Source: Lama guanicoe (taxonomy: Eukaryota). Taken from it: a DNA stretch of 51,294 nt. Location of the stretch: positions 3,665,032 to 3,716,325 of the forward strand of contig MU054400.1 of assembly GCA_013239625.1 (NCBI GenBank), given 5' to 3'. The notes beneath the pieces are model-generated. The model saw only the letters and a program-made list of their open reading frames with translations. It was not told where the DNA came from and did not search any database. Below, in pieces: positions 12,407 to 23,354 of this stretch (position 1 is its first letter; each line of letters opens with the position of its first letter). The position numbers and the translations under genes are program-made.

Positions 12407-13417
12407 ATGTATTCATAGGGTTTAATGTAAACATTTTATATCTATATATGGGCAGGTAAACAAAGTCTTTTGTGAAGAAAGGCATCTCTGGAAAAGTCAG
12501 CTCAAGTTCCCCTGGAGGGGAACTGAAGCCCCGGCCTGAGTGCGGGTGGCTGGATTCTGCAGATCAGGTCACGCAACCAGCCCAGAGCGCGGTGGGCCCC
12601 CAGGCCCTGCAGGATCTTAGGACTCGGGGTAGCGCTTACACTTCACGACCAGCGGCTGAGCAGTCTGAAACCTGAGTACCGCTGGATCAGCCAACCCCAA
12701 GTTTCCTGTTTTCTTCTTCTTCCCCAGATCTTTAACTGAGAATTTGTGAGAACACATTCTTCAGAAGCTCAGGTGAAAATTCGATTTAAGTAGAATCAGG
12801 GTAACTTCCGCAAATAAGCACATTCCCCAACCTCGGTTCCTTGATCAGACCCACAACACACGTATCTTCTGTCTGAGTGCTCCAGGTGCAGCCAGGACTG
12901 AAATTTCCATCTCTAAGGGACCAAAATACATCCCAGCATATTCTGTTGATCTGTTTCCCACACTTCCCTTAAAAAAGAGAAAAGTCAACCAGGCCAGAAA
13001 AGTGGGGTTCCTACGCCACTTTCCCGCAACACCCAAACACGCCTGAAGCTCCACGGACCCGCCCCTTCCTCCCGCATCTGTCCACCAGGCGCCGCGGCGA
13101 CTGCGTGAGGAGTGGAGAGAGGAGGCCGGGCGCGCGGTCCCCCTGCAGGGGGCCTGCATGTCCCGGAAGCTCAGCTCCCGCCACAAGGTCTTCCACCCAG
13201 AAAGTCCCCTGGCTCCGTGTGCGCGTTACTTATGAAAGTCTACGCGCTGGGCAGTGCGTGGCTCTTCCGTCCTGCCTCCTGCTTAGTAACGGACACCAAA
13301 CCCAGCCACCAAACGAGGCGCCACGCGGTGAGCCGCGGTTCGGGCCGCTCCCTGCGGCCCGTCCAGCGTCGGGAAGGAGGGCGAGAAGGCCGGGCCCGTG
13401 GGCCGCGCGCCACACAC

Positions 13418-13693
13418 CTTCCGCGCCGGGCTCCTGCTCCTCCTCCTGCCCGTCGCGGATGACGAGCTGCTCCCGCTCGGGGCCCTCCTCCTCCGGATCC
13501 TCCTGGCTCGCCAACAGCGCGGCCGGCACCCGCGGGGTCTGGCCGGGCGCTGCCTCCGCGGGCTCCGCACCGCCTCTTCCGGCGCCGCGGCCGTCCGGGG
13601 CCGCAGCCGGCTCTCGGCCCGGCTCCGGCGGCAGCCCCGGGCCGTCCCTCCGAAGCTCCTCCTTGCTGACGACCTGCATCTCCGGGGCTTCCT
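13418..13693 (-). CDS. GOLM1: GOLM1 exon 8, (E)EAPEMQVVSKEELRRDGPGLPPEPGREP...GQTPRVPAALLASQEDPEEEGPEREQLVIRDGQEEEQEPGAE
   Basis: GCACAG acceptor 13696-13694, GAAG|GTGTGT donor, 276 nt phase 1/1; homologous to recalled human GQTPQVQAALSVSQENPEMEGPERDQLVIPDGQEEEQE. Confidence 0.93.
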
Positions 13694-14268
13694 CTGTGCA
13701 CGAAACACAGTGAGCTGTGACCTCCCGGCAAGGAGTTTAATTAAAGTTAAACCAGAAACCCTGGTCCCACTCAAGCCCAGAGCCGTCCCACGGGCTGCGG
13801 ATGGGCGGGCGGCCGGGTCCCCTACCCCGCGGCCTCAGCGGACCCCAGGCCGCTCTGCCTGCGGCTCGGCTGCACAACCACAAGCAAGAGGAAAGTGGTT
13901 TCGAAACAAAATCTGACCTGAGGCTCTGGATCACAGTGCGGGGCCACAAGCGGAGGCGGCGGCCCTGCTGAGGGCGTCTGACCATCGCGTCTGTGAGACA
14001 CTAGCTCGGAGCCCAGGACACTGCCCGGGGCTCGGCCACCTCCCCTCGGTCCCACTGACCCACCAACGCCCCGAATGAAGCCCCGGCCCCAGCCTGCCTG
14101 TGCGCAGCTGCCAAAGAAAGGCACCCCGCCTACCAGCGCGAGAAGCCAGTAGCACAGAGGCAGGGCCCCGGGCCCCGAGTCCAGGCGCCCGGAGAGCCTC
14201 GCCCGCCGCCCGCCGCCCCCGCCGCCGGCACCCAGGGCCTCCGCGTGTCACGGCCACGCGTCGCTTAC

Positions 14269-14410
14269 CTTTCTCACCGTGTCTCTTCAGATCCAAAGCC
14301 GCCTCAGAACTGGGGGCCGGGGTCTGGGGCTCGCCCTTGCTGGGCGCGTCTCCTGCCCGGGGCGGGCCGGCTTCCTGCGGCCGGGGCTGCAGCTCACTGG
14401 CCGCTCGGGG
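14269..14410 (-). CDS. GOLM1: GOLM1 exon 7, PRAASELQPRPQEAGPPRAGDAPSKGEPQTPAPSSEAALDLKRHGEK
   Basis: CTGTTTCAG acceptor, AAAG|GTAAGC donor, 142 nt phase 0/1; QTPAPSSE motif conserved. Confidence 0.93.
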
Positions 14411-15138
14411 CTGAAACAGGAGCACAGGACGCCAGGCCGGGGCTGGTGACCACGAGCCTTCAACAACCCCGAGCAGCGCCGGGGAGCACCACGTCCTTCT
14501 GACAAGTAGTAACACCGAAACCCTGAGAATCGCTGTGACCTACCCCCATCGTGTCCCGCCACCTGGCACCAATCAGATCTGGGGGGGAGTCAAGATCGCC
14601 CAGAAAAAACTTTCAATCGATTAACAAGGAAAAAGACGACTTGAACAACACTGCAAACCAACCCAACAAGAGCAAAATACACACTCTTGTCAAGTGCACA
14701 CGACAATTCTCCAGGACAGCCAGGTGCCAGGCCACAAAACCAACCTCAACAAACGTTAAATGACTGGAACCACGCCACGTATGTTCCCCAGTCACAATGG
14801 AACAAAATTATAAATCAAACAGCATGTAAGCTGAGAAACTCACAAATATGTGGAAGTTAGACAACACGCTCCTTAAGTAACCGATGGGCCGAAGGAATCA
14901 CAAGACAAGGAGAAACCCCAAGGAACGTTAAGATGAACACACAACACACCAGACTCATGGAAGGCAGCCAAAGCAACACTGAGAGGGAAATCCACACAGA
15001 GCCCAAACCAATGACCCAGTCTTCCACCTTGAGACACTGGGAAAAGAGCAAACTAAACCTAAAGCAAAGAAGGATAGAAGACAGATCAGAGCAGGAATTC
15101 ATGACACGGAAAAGAAAAACAATTAAAAAAATCAACGT

Positions 15139-15250
15139 GGGGAAGGAATAGCTCAGTACCGCCATTAAATAGATAGATAGATAGGTAAAACTTAATAAGC
15201 ACGCCCCCCTCAAAATGAAAAAAGTTTTTTTAGTTTTAAAAAAGAAAAAA
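15139..15250 (+). mobile_element. Internally deleted vic-1-type SINE
   Basis: ggggaaggaatagctcagt joined directly to accgccattaaat tail; (GATA)n in tail; aaaaaaatca direct repeats. Confidence 0.75.
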
Positions 15251-15404
15251 AAATCATTGAAACCAAAAGTAGTTCTCTAAAAGATGAACAAAATTGACAA
15301 AGCTTTATTTAGCTACATTAATTGAGAATAAAGACACAAAGTACTAAAATAAAAAATGCTTGGGGAGGGAATAACACTATCAACTTTACATAAAAAAAAA
15401 GTTG

Positions 15405-15553
15405 GTTTTTTTCTTTTGCCTTGTTTGTTTTACGAGGGGGAGGTGATTAGGTTTCTTCACTGGTTTCCACTTGGAGAAGGTACAGGAACTGAACCCCGGA
15501 CCTCTTGGGTGCGGGGCATGCACTCTACCACTTGAGTTATAACCCTTCCCCCC
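15405..15553 (-). mobile_element. vic-1-type SINE
   Basis: Reverse-complement head (cactctaccacttgagttataacccttcccccc); TSD aaaaaagttg at 15395-15404 and 15554-15563. Confidence 0.88.
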
Positions 15554-16191
15554 AAAAAAGTTGTATTATAAGGAAATACTAAGAACAACTGCTCACCATG
15601 TTTGACAACTCAGATGAAACAGACAAGTTCTTAGAAAGACACACTCTATCAAACTGATTCAAGAAGCAGAAAATCTGAGCAAAAGACTGAAGTAGTCATT
15701 TAAAAATTTCCCCCCCAAAAAAGCCTAGTTCCAAATTCACCAGTGAATTCTACCAAACATTTAACACCAAATCTTCACAAACTCCTTCAAAAAGCAGAAG
15801 GAATACTACTCAGCTCATTCTGAGGCCAGTAATTATCCTGATACCAAAGCCAAAGACACTACAAGAAGATAAAAGTGTAACATAATATGAATATAGACCC
15901 CCAAATCATCAACAAAATACTAGCAAATCAAATCAAAGAACATACAAAAGGATTATACACCACGGCCAAGGGGGAGTTATCCCAGCAATGCAAGGTTAGC
16001 TTAACATCTAAAGATCAGAGTAACACCGTGTCGACAGCATAAAGGACAAAACATGTGATCATCTCAACAGATGCAGAAAAAACACTGGCAAAATCTAGCA
16101 GATCTTCTTGATAAAAACACTCAACAAATAAGAATGGGGTGGAGGGGGGAGAACTTCCTCATTTGGATAATGTACATCAATGAAAAATATA

Positions 16192-16623
16192 TAGGCAGAC
16201 TTCAAAGATACTGCCGGTCTGGTTCCAGACCACCATAATAAAAGCAAGTATCGCAATAAAGCAAGTCACACCAACTTTTTGATTTCCAGTGCCTATAAAA
16301 TTATGTTTACACTACACTATGGTCTATGAAGTGTGTGATAGCGTTATGTCTAAAAAATTTTACTATCTTATTTAAAAAAGACTATTGCTTTAAAAGGTTC
16401 CAAAACAGTTACATCAAAGATCTGATCCTGGATTACTATAAACTATTATAATAATGAAAACGTTTTAAATATTGCAAGAATTACCAACATGTGACACAGA
16501 GACATGAAGTGAGCAAATGCTGTTGGAAAAATGGAGCCAACATACTTGCCCAAAGAACTGCCACAATCCTTCCATTTGTAAAAAACACAAGTATCTGAAG
16601 CACAATTAAACGAGGTATGCCTT
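16192..16623 (-). mobile_element. Tigger1-derived non-autonomous DNA transposon (TcMar-Tigger) inserted in L1
   Basis: Inverted termini taggcagacttc / cgaggtatgcct; both Tigger1 ends present (ggttccagaccacc.., tgtgacacagagacatgaagtgagc) with no transposase. Confidence 0.85.
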
Positions 16624-18769
16624 CACCGCTGACATCAGACCTCACAGTGAAAGACTTAGCACTTTCCGCCCAAGATCAAGAACAAGACAAGGATGTCCAC
16701 TCTCACTGCTTCTATTCAACATTATACTGGAGGTTCCAGCCAGGGCTATTAAGGGATAAAAAAGAAATAAAAGACATCCAGGTTGGAAAGGAAGATGTAA
16801 AACTATCTCTGTTTTTAGGAGACATAATCTTGTATAAAGCAAATCCTAAGGAATCACAAAAAAATACTGTTTGAACTCATAAAACAAGTTCAGCAAAGTT
16901 ATACAAGATCAAAATGAAAAATGAATTGTACTGCTACACACCAACAAGAAACAATTCGAAAATGAAATTAAGAAAACAATTCCATTTCTAACAGCATCAA
17001 AAATACTTAGAAATAAGTTGAGCAAAAGAAGACTTCTGAAGACTACAAAACATTACCGAAAAAGATTTCTTAAGGACTTAAATAAGCGGACGGACGTCCC
17101 ACATTCACAGACCAGGAGACTGGATTTGCTAAGGTAACAATACTCCCCAAACTGATCTTTCAGATTCAGTGTAATCTGTCAAAATCCCACCTGGCTTTGT
17201 TGAAGACACTGACAAGCAGATCCTAAAATTCATACAGAAAGTCAACCAGAGCAGAAGAGCCAAAATAATCTTGAAAAAGAACAAAGCTGGAGCAGTCACA
17301 CTTCTGCTATCAAAGCTCACTACAAAGATACAGTAATGGAGACTGTGTGGTATTGATATTAAGGACAAAGATCAACAGAACAGAACTGAGAGTCCAGAAA
17401 TAAACAAACTGATTTTTTCACGAGGATGCCAAAGCGACTCAGCGGAAGAGAAAATAGAGTTGTTTCTTCTTCCTCAAACCTGGGTGTTGAGACAACTGGA
17501 TACCCACATGCAAAATAAAGAACTTGGACCCTTAGCTCACACCACATACAAAAACTAAACTCAGAATGAACCATGGGACTAAACGGAAGAACTAAAGGCT
17601 AAGAACTTAAAACTCTCAGAAAAATACAGGAGTAAACGTCACGATGCTGGGTCAGGCGAAGTGCTTTTAGATATGACACCAACAGAACGAGCAACAAAGG
17701 AAAAATAGATACACTAGACAATCAAAATTAAAAACTTCTGTGCTTCAAAGAATATCATCCAAAAGTGGAAAAACAACTCACAGAATGGGAAGTATTTGCA
17801 AATCATATATCCAATATCTTTGTATGTGAATATATAAAGAACTTTTACAATTCAATAATAAAAATAACTGTTTCAAAATGGACACAAGATATGAGTAGAC
17901 ATTTCTCCAAAGAGGGTATGTACAAACGGCCAATAAAGCACATGAAAAGATGCTCAACGGCGTCAGTTATCAGGGAAATGCAAGCCAAAACCACAATGAG
18001 GTACCACTCCACACCCACTAGGAAGGTTATAATGAAGACGACAGGTGTAACATGGACTGGCAAGGATGTGGAGAAACTGGAACCCTCACATAATCTGCTG
18101 ATGGGAATGTAAAAGGATACGAGCACTTTCCGAAACAGTCTGGCACTTCCTCAACACATTAAGCACAGTTACCACGTGACCCAGCAAGTCTACTCCAAGC
18201 TTATAAAGAGAAATGGAAGCTCTTATGTTCGCACAAAAATGTGTGCGTGCAAGTTCACAGCAGCGTTATTCACAGTAGCCAAAAAGTGGAAATAACCCAA
18301 ATGCCCACCAATTGACAAATGAATAAACAAAATGTGGTATATTCATATATGATGGAATATTAGTCAGCCATGAAAAGGAACGAAGGACTCAAATGACAGG
18401 AATGACTCCTGAAAGCACTGTGCTAAGTGAAAGCCAGTTTGATTCCACTGATATGAAATGTCCAGATAAGGCAAATCTATGGAGACAGAAAGCAGATCAG
18501 AGGTTGTCTGAAGCTCCAGGGACTGGGGGTAAAAGGGGAGTGATAACAGGTATGGGATTTCTTTTGCGGTAATGAAGACGTTCTAAAATTGATTGTGATG
18601 ATGGCTGCACAACTTTGTGAATACAGTAAAAACCACTGAACTTTAGTAAACTGCCCAGGTGAACTGTATGGTATGTGAATTGTATGTGAATAACACTGCT
18701 GTATTTAAAACAAACAAGGATGCCCCAGAAGGCTTCGAGCAGCACTTCTGTGGGCTGTGCCGACACCGG

Positions 18770-18960
18770 GGGCAGCCTGACAGCACGGGCTCTGGTCAGC
18801 TACATCACTGACCAAGGGCTCCAACCTTGGCCACAGTATTTAACCATCTCCATGGGCCTTGGAGCCTCAAAACTGGAGAACAGCAGCAACTCTCTCCCGG
18901 GGAGGCTGTGAGCTTTAAATGAGGTAATCCCCTTAAAGCCCCGAGCACCGGGACTGGGTC
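18770..18960 (+). mobile_element. Degenerate MIR
   Basis: agcacgggctctgg...ccttggcc...aaaactggaga...gctgtgagctttaaatgaggtaat. Confidence 0.6.
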
Positions 18961-19144
18961 AGAGGCCAGCACCCTCGGTCAGAGTCCCCGCGTCCCGGGA
19001 CCAGGCTGTCATGTCTCGGGGAACCAAACCCATGCGGGAGAGCAGAGATTAGAGCAAATCAGACAGCAGATAAGGGAACAAAATGTCTGAAAAGAGGGAA
19101 GGACGACCTTTCAGAGATCTTTGGCAGAAAAAGCCGAGGCTTAC

Positions 19145-19274
19145 CTGCTGGCTTTGGTCCTTCTGTTCGCTCGGGGCTCTGGAAGCCCCGGCCGCGTTCC
19201 CCTTTTTGGTGACCTCCTCTATCCGCTCGTCACACTGCTCCTTCACCTCTTTCATCTGGTTGATGCACTGGTTC
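19145..19274 (-). CDS. GOLM1: GOLM1 exon 6, (L)NQCINQMKEVKEQCDERIEEVTKKGNAAGASRAPSEQKDQSQQ
   Basis: Pyrimidine tract plus AAG acceptor, CAG|GTAAGC donor, 130 nt phase 2/0; both conserved Cys present. Confidence 0.97.
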
Positions 19275-19577
19275 CTTTGAAGGGGAAGGAAGGCAAAAGA
19301 AAGGACAGTATTTAGAGATGCCTCTAACAACGAGTCTCCCCTGCTGTGACTGAGAAATCCACTTCCTCCCTTCCCTGCTTCCTGCACTTTATCTGCAGGG
19401 GACACCGAGGCAGGGTAGCACGTGAGTTTTCAGTTAATAAATGGCAAGAAAACTGGAGTTGACTGAAACTTACAAAAAATGGCACACTGTTCTAAAATAA
19501 GTGAACTTCAATTGGTTAGAAAAAACAAATTTTTAAAATATAATCTGTAGCATAATAAAAAAAAATGTGGTCTTTGA

Positions 19578-19705
19578 GGAGGAGGGTAGAGCTCAGTGGC
19601 AGAGTGCGTGCTTAGCATGCACGAGGTCCTGGGTTCAATCCCCAGTATCTCCATTAAAATAAATAACTAAACCTAATTACCTCCTCTGCAAAAAAAAAAA
19701 AAGTA
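19578..19705 (+). mobile_element. vic-1-type SINE
   Basis: ggagggtagagctcagtggcagag...gggttcaatccccagt...aaacctaattacctcc, poly(A). Confidence 0.92.
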
Positions 19706-19714
19706 GAAATAAAA

Positions 19715-20069
19715 TGTTTTATTTTATTTTACTGAGTTATAGTCAGTTTACAATGTTGTGTCAATTTCCAGTGTAGAGCATAATTTCAGTCATACATGAA
19801 CATACATATATTCACTGTCACATTTTTTTTCACTGTGAGCTACAAGATCTTGTATATATTTCCCTGTGCTTTACAGTATAATCTCGTGTATCTATTCTAT
19901 ATACACCTGTCGGTAGCTACAAATTTCAAACTCCCAGTCTGTCCCTCCCCACCCCTGTCCCTCCGGCAACCATAAGTCTATGAGTCTGTTTCTATTTTAT
20001 ATTTAAGTTCATTTTTTTAAGATTCCACATATGAGTGATATCATACAGTATTTTTCTTTTTCTCTGGCT
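19715..20069 (-). mobile_element. 3' end of a younger (camelid/artiodactyl) L1
   Basis: Reverse complement of L1 3' UTR (tatagtcagtttacaatgttgtgtcaatttcc...agattccacatatgagtgatatcat); same family as 37055-37640 and 38810-39135. Confidence 0.88.
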
Positions 20070-20690
20070 ATTGGCACAGAGCTCTTAATTAAGACCCCGA
20101 GAATTTCCTGAGTAACAGGAGTGCCTTCCGTTACACATAATGAGCCCCTGTGGAGTTGACTTACTGGGAAGAGCCTGCAAAGCTTTGCGATGGGGGCTGG
20201 TGGCCAGGGAACCAACCACATGATGAGAGGTCCTTTTCCAAGGACCAAGGAGAGATGAGTTCAGTCACGTAGCCAGTGACTCAACCATACAATAAAAACT
20301 CTGGACTATGAGCTTGGTGAGCTTCCTTTCGGCAAACACATCCGTGAACCAGAAAGGTGGCACCCCAACTCCAACAGAAGCTCCGGTCCGCCCCTGAACC
20401 TCTAACCCAGACTTCGCCTTCTGAGTCTCTGCCATTTAGCTACTCCTAAGTTGCAGCCTTTATAATAAAACTGCAAGTGTAGGTATAGAACTTTTCTGAG
20501 CTGTGGAGAATTACTGATCCTGAGTGGGAGGGGAAAGCCCTGAATTTGTAGCTAGCTGGGCAGAAGTACAGGTGGCCTAGGGCCACCAAGAACTTGTGGC
20601 ATCTGAAATAGGGGCAGCCTCATGGGAATGAGTCCCTTAACACATGGGGTTTGTGCTAACTCTGCAATAGTGTCAACACTGAACTGCACT
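20070..20690 (+). mobile_element. MER21-like ERVL LTR
   Basis: gggggctggtggccagggaaccaaccacatgat; ctttataataaaactgcaagtg; gggaatgagtcccttaac...tagtgtcaacactgaactg; orientation approximate. Confidence 0.7.
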
Positions 20691-21138
20691 TCCCCTCCAG
20701 GAAGACGGGCAGGTATATTCTTCCACTGAGCACAACTAAAAGCTCTGGACGTTGTATCTGAAATAAACATAAGCAAGCTCTGAAAGGTGGAGAGAAGAAG
20801 GTGGACTGGCTAGGGCCCTCAGGATCTAGACAACACAGTGGTGTCCCTGCAGAGCACGTGGGAAGCTGCGCTTCCATCCCGACACTAGGGCGGTCCCCCG
20901 CCCTCCCCACGGGGTGTGTCAGAGGCGTCAGTGAAGAGCCAGGCCTCTCACCACCACTGCCCAGAGGTTCCAATCAAAGATCATTTGTCATGTCAAGAAC
21001 CAGGAAGACTCAAATTGAATGAAAGAGATCACTCAACAGATAGCAATCCAGCATGACAGAGAAGTTAAAATGATTTGACAAAGATTTTAAAGCAGCCATC
21101 AGAAAAATGTCTCAAAGAGTAATTAAAACGTGCTTGAA
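20690..21138 (+). mobile_element. Ancient L1M 5'-end fragment
   Basis: cacaactaaaagctctggac...ctctgaaaggtggagagaagaaggtggactggctaggg; gacaaagattttaaagcagccat. Confidence 0.6.
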
Positions 21139-21172
21139 GGGGGAGGGTACAGCTCAGTAGGAGAGTGTGTGC
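21139..21172 (+). mobile_element. vic-1-type SINE head only (3' truncated)
   Basis: gggggagggtacagctcagtaggagagtgtgtgc followed by unrelated sequence. Confidence 0.7.
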
Positions 21173-21404
21173 CCTTCCTTGCTTCCCTCCATGGCCATCG
21201 GATACCACCTGCTTGGCCCCATCACCCTGGGCCCCAGGTTCTCTTTCCTTCCTGACACGTCCAAACCTCCCTTCTCTACTCCTTATTCAGGACTCAGTTC
21301 TAAATGGCCTTTCCTAAGGAGTCTTTCTTGGGGCAAACAGGTGAGCATTTATGAAAATGATCTGGTTTAAGAAACAATATTTAAAGGCACTTTCAAAACG
21401 TGTA

Positions 21405-21871
21405 TAAGTGAGCATGAAGTTTGGCTAGGTGAAACAAAAAAAGCCAAAAGACAGCAGTTTATTTGTTGCTCACATAAAGGAAATCTTGAGGCAGGCAGTC
21501 TGGGGCTAGGAGGGCAGCCCTGAGTCATCAAAAATCCAGGCTTCTCTTTCCGTTTCAGTATCCTAGCACCGGTTTCTATCCCCACGATTACCTCCTGACC
21601 CAGGATGGCTGCTAGTGGTCCAGCTGTCTCATGTGAAACCCAGGCAGCAGAAAGGAGGGAGGAGAAAAGGGAAAGGGATGTGCAGTGAATTGTCCTCCTT
21701 TTCAGAAGCCTTCCTGTTAAGTCCCACCGCACAACTTCCTTTCCCGACTGGCCAGAACTTAGTCACTCGGCCATACCTAACCTGCAAGGAAAGATTTGAA
21801 ACGTAGTATTTTTGCTAGGGGGAAAGAAAAGATGAACGCATTTGGATAAGCACTGACTGGTTATTGCCACA
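21405..21871 (-). mobile_element. MLT1 (MaLR) solo LTR
   Basis: caggatggctgct..ccagc; tggccagaacttagtcactcggccatacctaacctgcaagg; ends ttgccaca. Confidence 0.75.
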
Positions 21872-21899
21872 GGCAGTTTCAAAATATCTGGAGTCACAA

Positions 21900-23190
21900 A
21901 AATTGATAAAATGACCAAATGGTGTTGCACGTTGAGAACATAACCAGTTCCATACTATTATGTTAATTTAAATGGACTGGAGTTGAAGGCAGCAGTATGA
22001 ACTCATGTTTAACTAAATACAGATACAGATAGAAACATTTATCAGTATCTACATGTAACACAAGCCAGTGCACACACAATCTCTCTTTGCTCTGTCATCT
22101 GAGAGGGCCCAGCAGCAATGACACCCTAGTAGCAAAAAGCACACCTAGTACCCAGATCTTGGTTGCTTATATACTGTTCTCCAATAAAAAGAACAAGGGC
22201 TCCTTGGAGAAATGGTTGACTGAATGATGCTAGGACTGGGGCAGAAACTATATGAAAATGAGTTTGGAGCATCTTTTGGTGTCAGAGTGTAAAAAGGTGA
22301 TTTTTTTTAAAAAAAAGGGCAAACTCACTATACCAGGGATATGTCAACTGGATAAAGGAATCAATTGAAAGAGCTCCCAATGGCCAAAGCTGGAACAATT
22401 TGAGCAAAAAATAAATAAAACAGTATTGAATTATAACCCTAAGTATAAAATAAATATCCATGAGTCCATACTGATATAAATAAGCAGACAATAAAACGAG
22501 TCAAATCTCCTGTGCAGGAGAATTCCAGATAATTTATACAGACACTCCGCCCTTAGGGAAGGGGAGCTTAACTCCCCAGCCTGTAAGTACAGGCCAAGCA
22601 GGGTGACTGTCTCCAAAGATTACAGCACACAGGGGGAAGAAACAAAGTTTGTAGTAAAGAAACATGACACACATAACCTCCCTCAGGTGATGGACAGCGG
22701 TAAGTCAGACTGACAGCACGTACCCTTGACGTGAACTCACGAGGACAGCACTTGACCTCTGTGGCCTGCCTCCCCAAAATGTGTTGCCCCAGTTTAACTG
22801 TGAGAAAAACATCAGGTAAACCCCAGCTGAAGGACGTTTCTACAAAATACCTGACCAGGACTCCTCAAAGCTATCAAGATCATAAAAAATCTAAGTCTGA
22901 GGAACTGTCACAGCCAAGGGGAGCCTAAGGAAGCATGATGAATAAACGTGATGTATGCTGGGAACCAGAAAAAGGACATTAGGGGAAAACTGAGGGAGCG
23001 TGAATAAAGTACGAATTTCAGTTAATAATAATGCATCTATGCTGGGTACTTAACTGTGACAAGGACACCATACCAACATTAAGTGTTAACAACAGGGGAA
23101 CTGGTGTGGGGAACAGGATCTGCACGCTCTCTGCAATCATTCTGTAAATCTAAAATGGTTCAAAAGTTTTAAGGTTTATTTTTTAAAAAA
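21900..23190 (+). mobile_element. L1MC/L1MD-like 3' UTR
   Basis: aaagagctcccaatggccaaagctggaacaatttgagc; ctgaggaactgtcacagccaagggg; terminal ttctgtaaatctaaaat. Confidence 0.8.
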
Positions 23191-23354
23191 CTGAATTGGA
23201 GGACGTCAAGTTGTTATCAGAGAGTTACTGTTGGGATGTACAATCTAATTCAGCCTGAGCTCCCAATCAGCTGCCTCCTGCCTGGAATTTATTGTGTGAG
23301 TATCTCAAGGCTCAGAGCTGTAAAGCAATTGAGAGAATTACCCACTTACACAAA

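Larger units (their letters stand above)
13040..14560. promoter_or_regulatory. Intragenic CpG island spanning GOLM1 exons 7-8
   Basis: Very high GC and dense CpG (gcgccgcggcg, gccgcgcgcc, GGGCGG boxes) compared with flanks; judged by eye. Confidence 0.85.
14590..18712 (+). mobile_element. Old 5'-truncated L1 (L1MB-like), decayed ORF2 plus 3' UTR, with nested insertions
   Basis: EN/RT remnants; ORF 17765-18112 resembles the ORF2p C-terminus (HMKRCS..IREMQ.KTTMRYH.TP); ends gtgaactgtatggtatgtgaattgtatgtgaataa. Confidence 0.9.

Noticed and set aside
12845..14562. Cluster of long overlapping ORFs (e.g. 13105-13713 +, 13398-13916 +, 13240-13731 -)
   Set aside because: Stop-codon scarcity in the CpG island; they are antisense or alternate frames of GOLM1 exons 7-8 with low-complexity translations.
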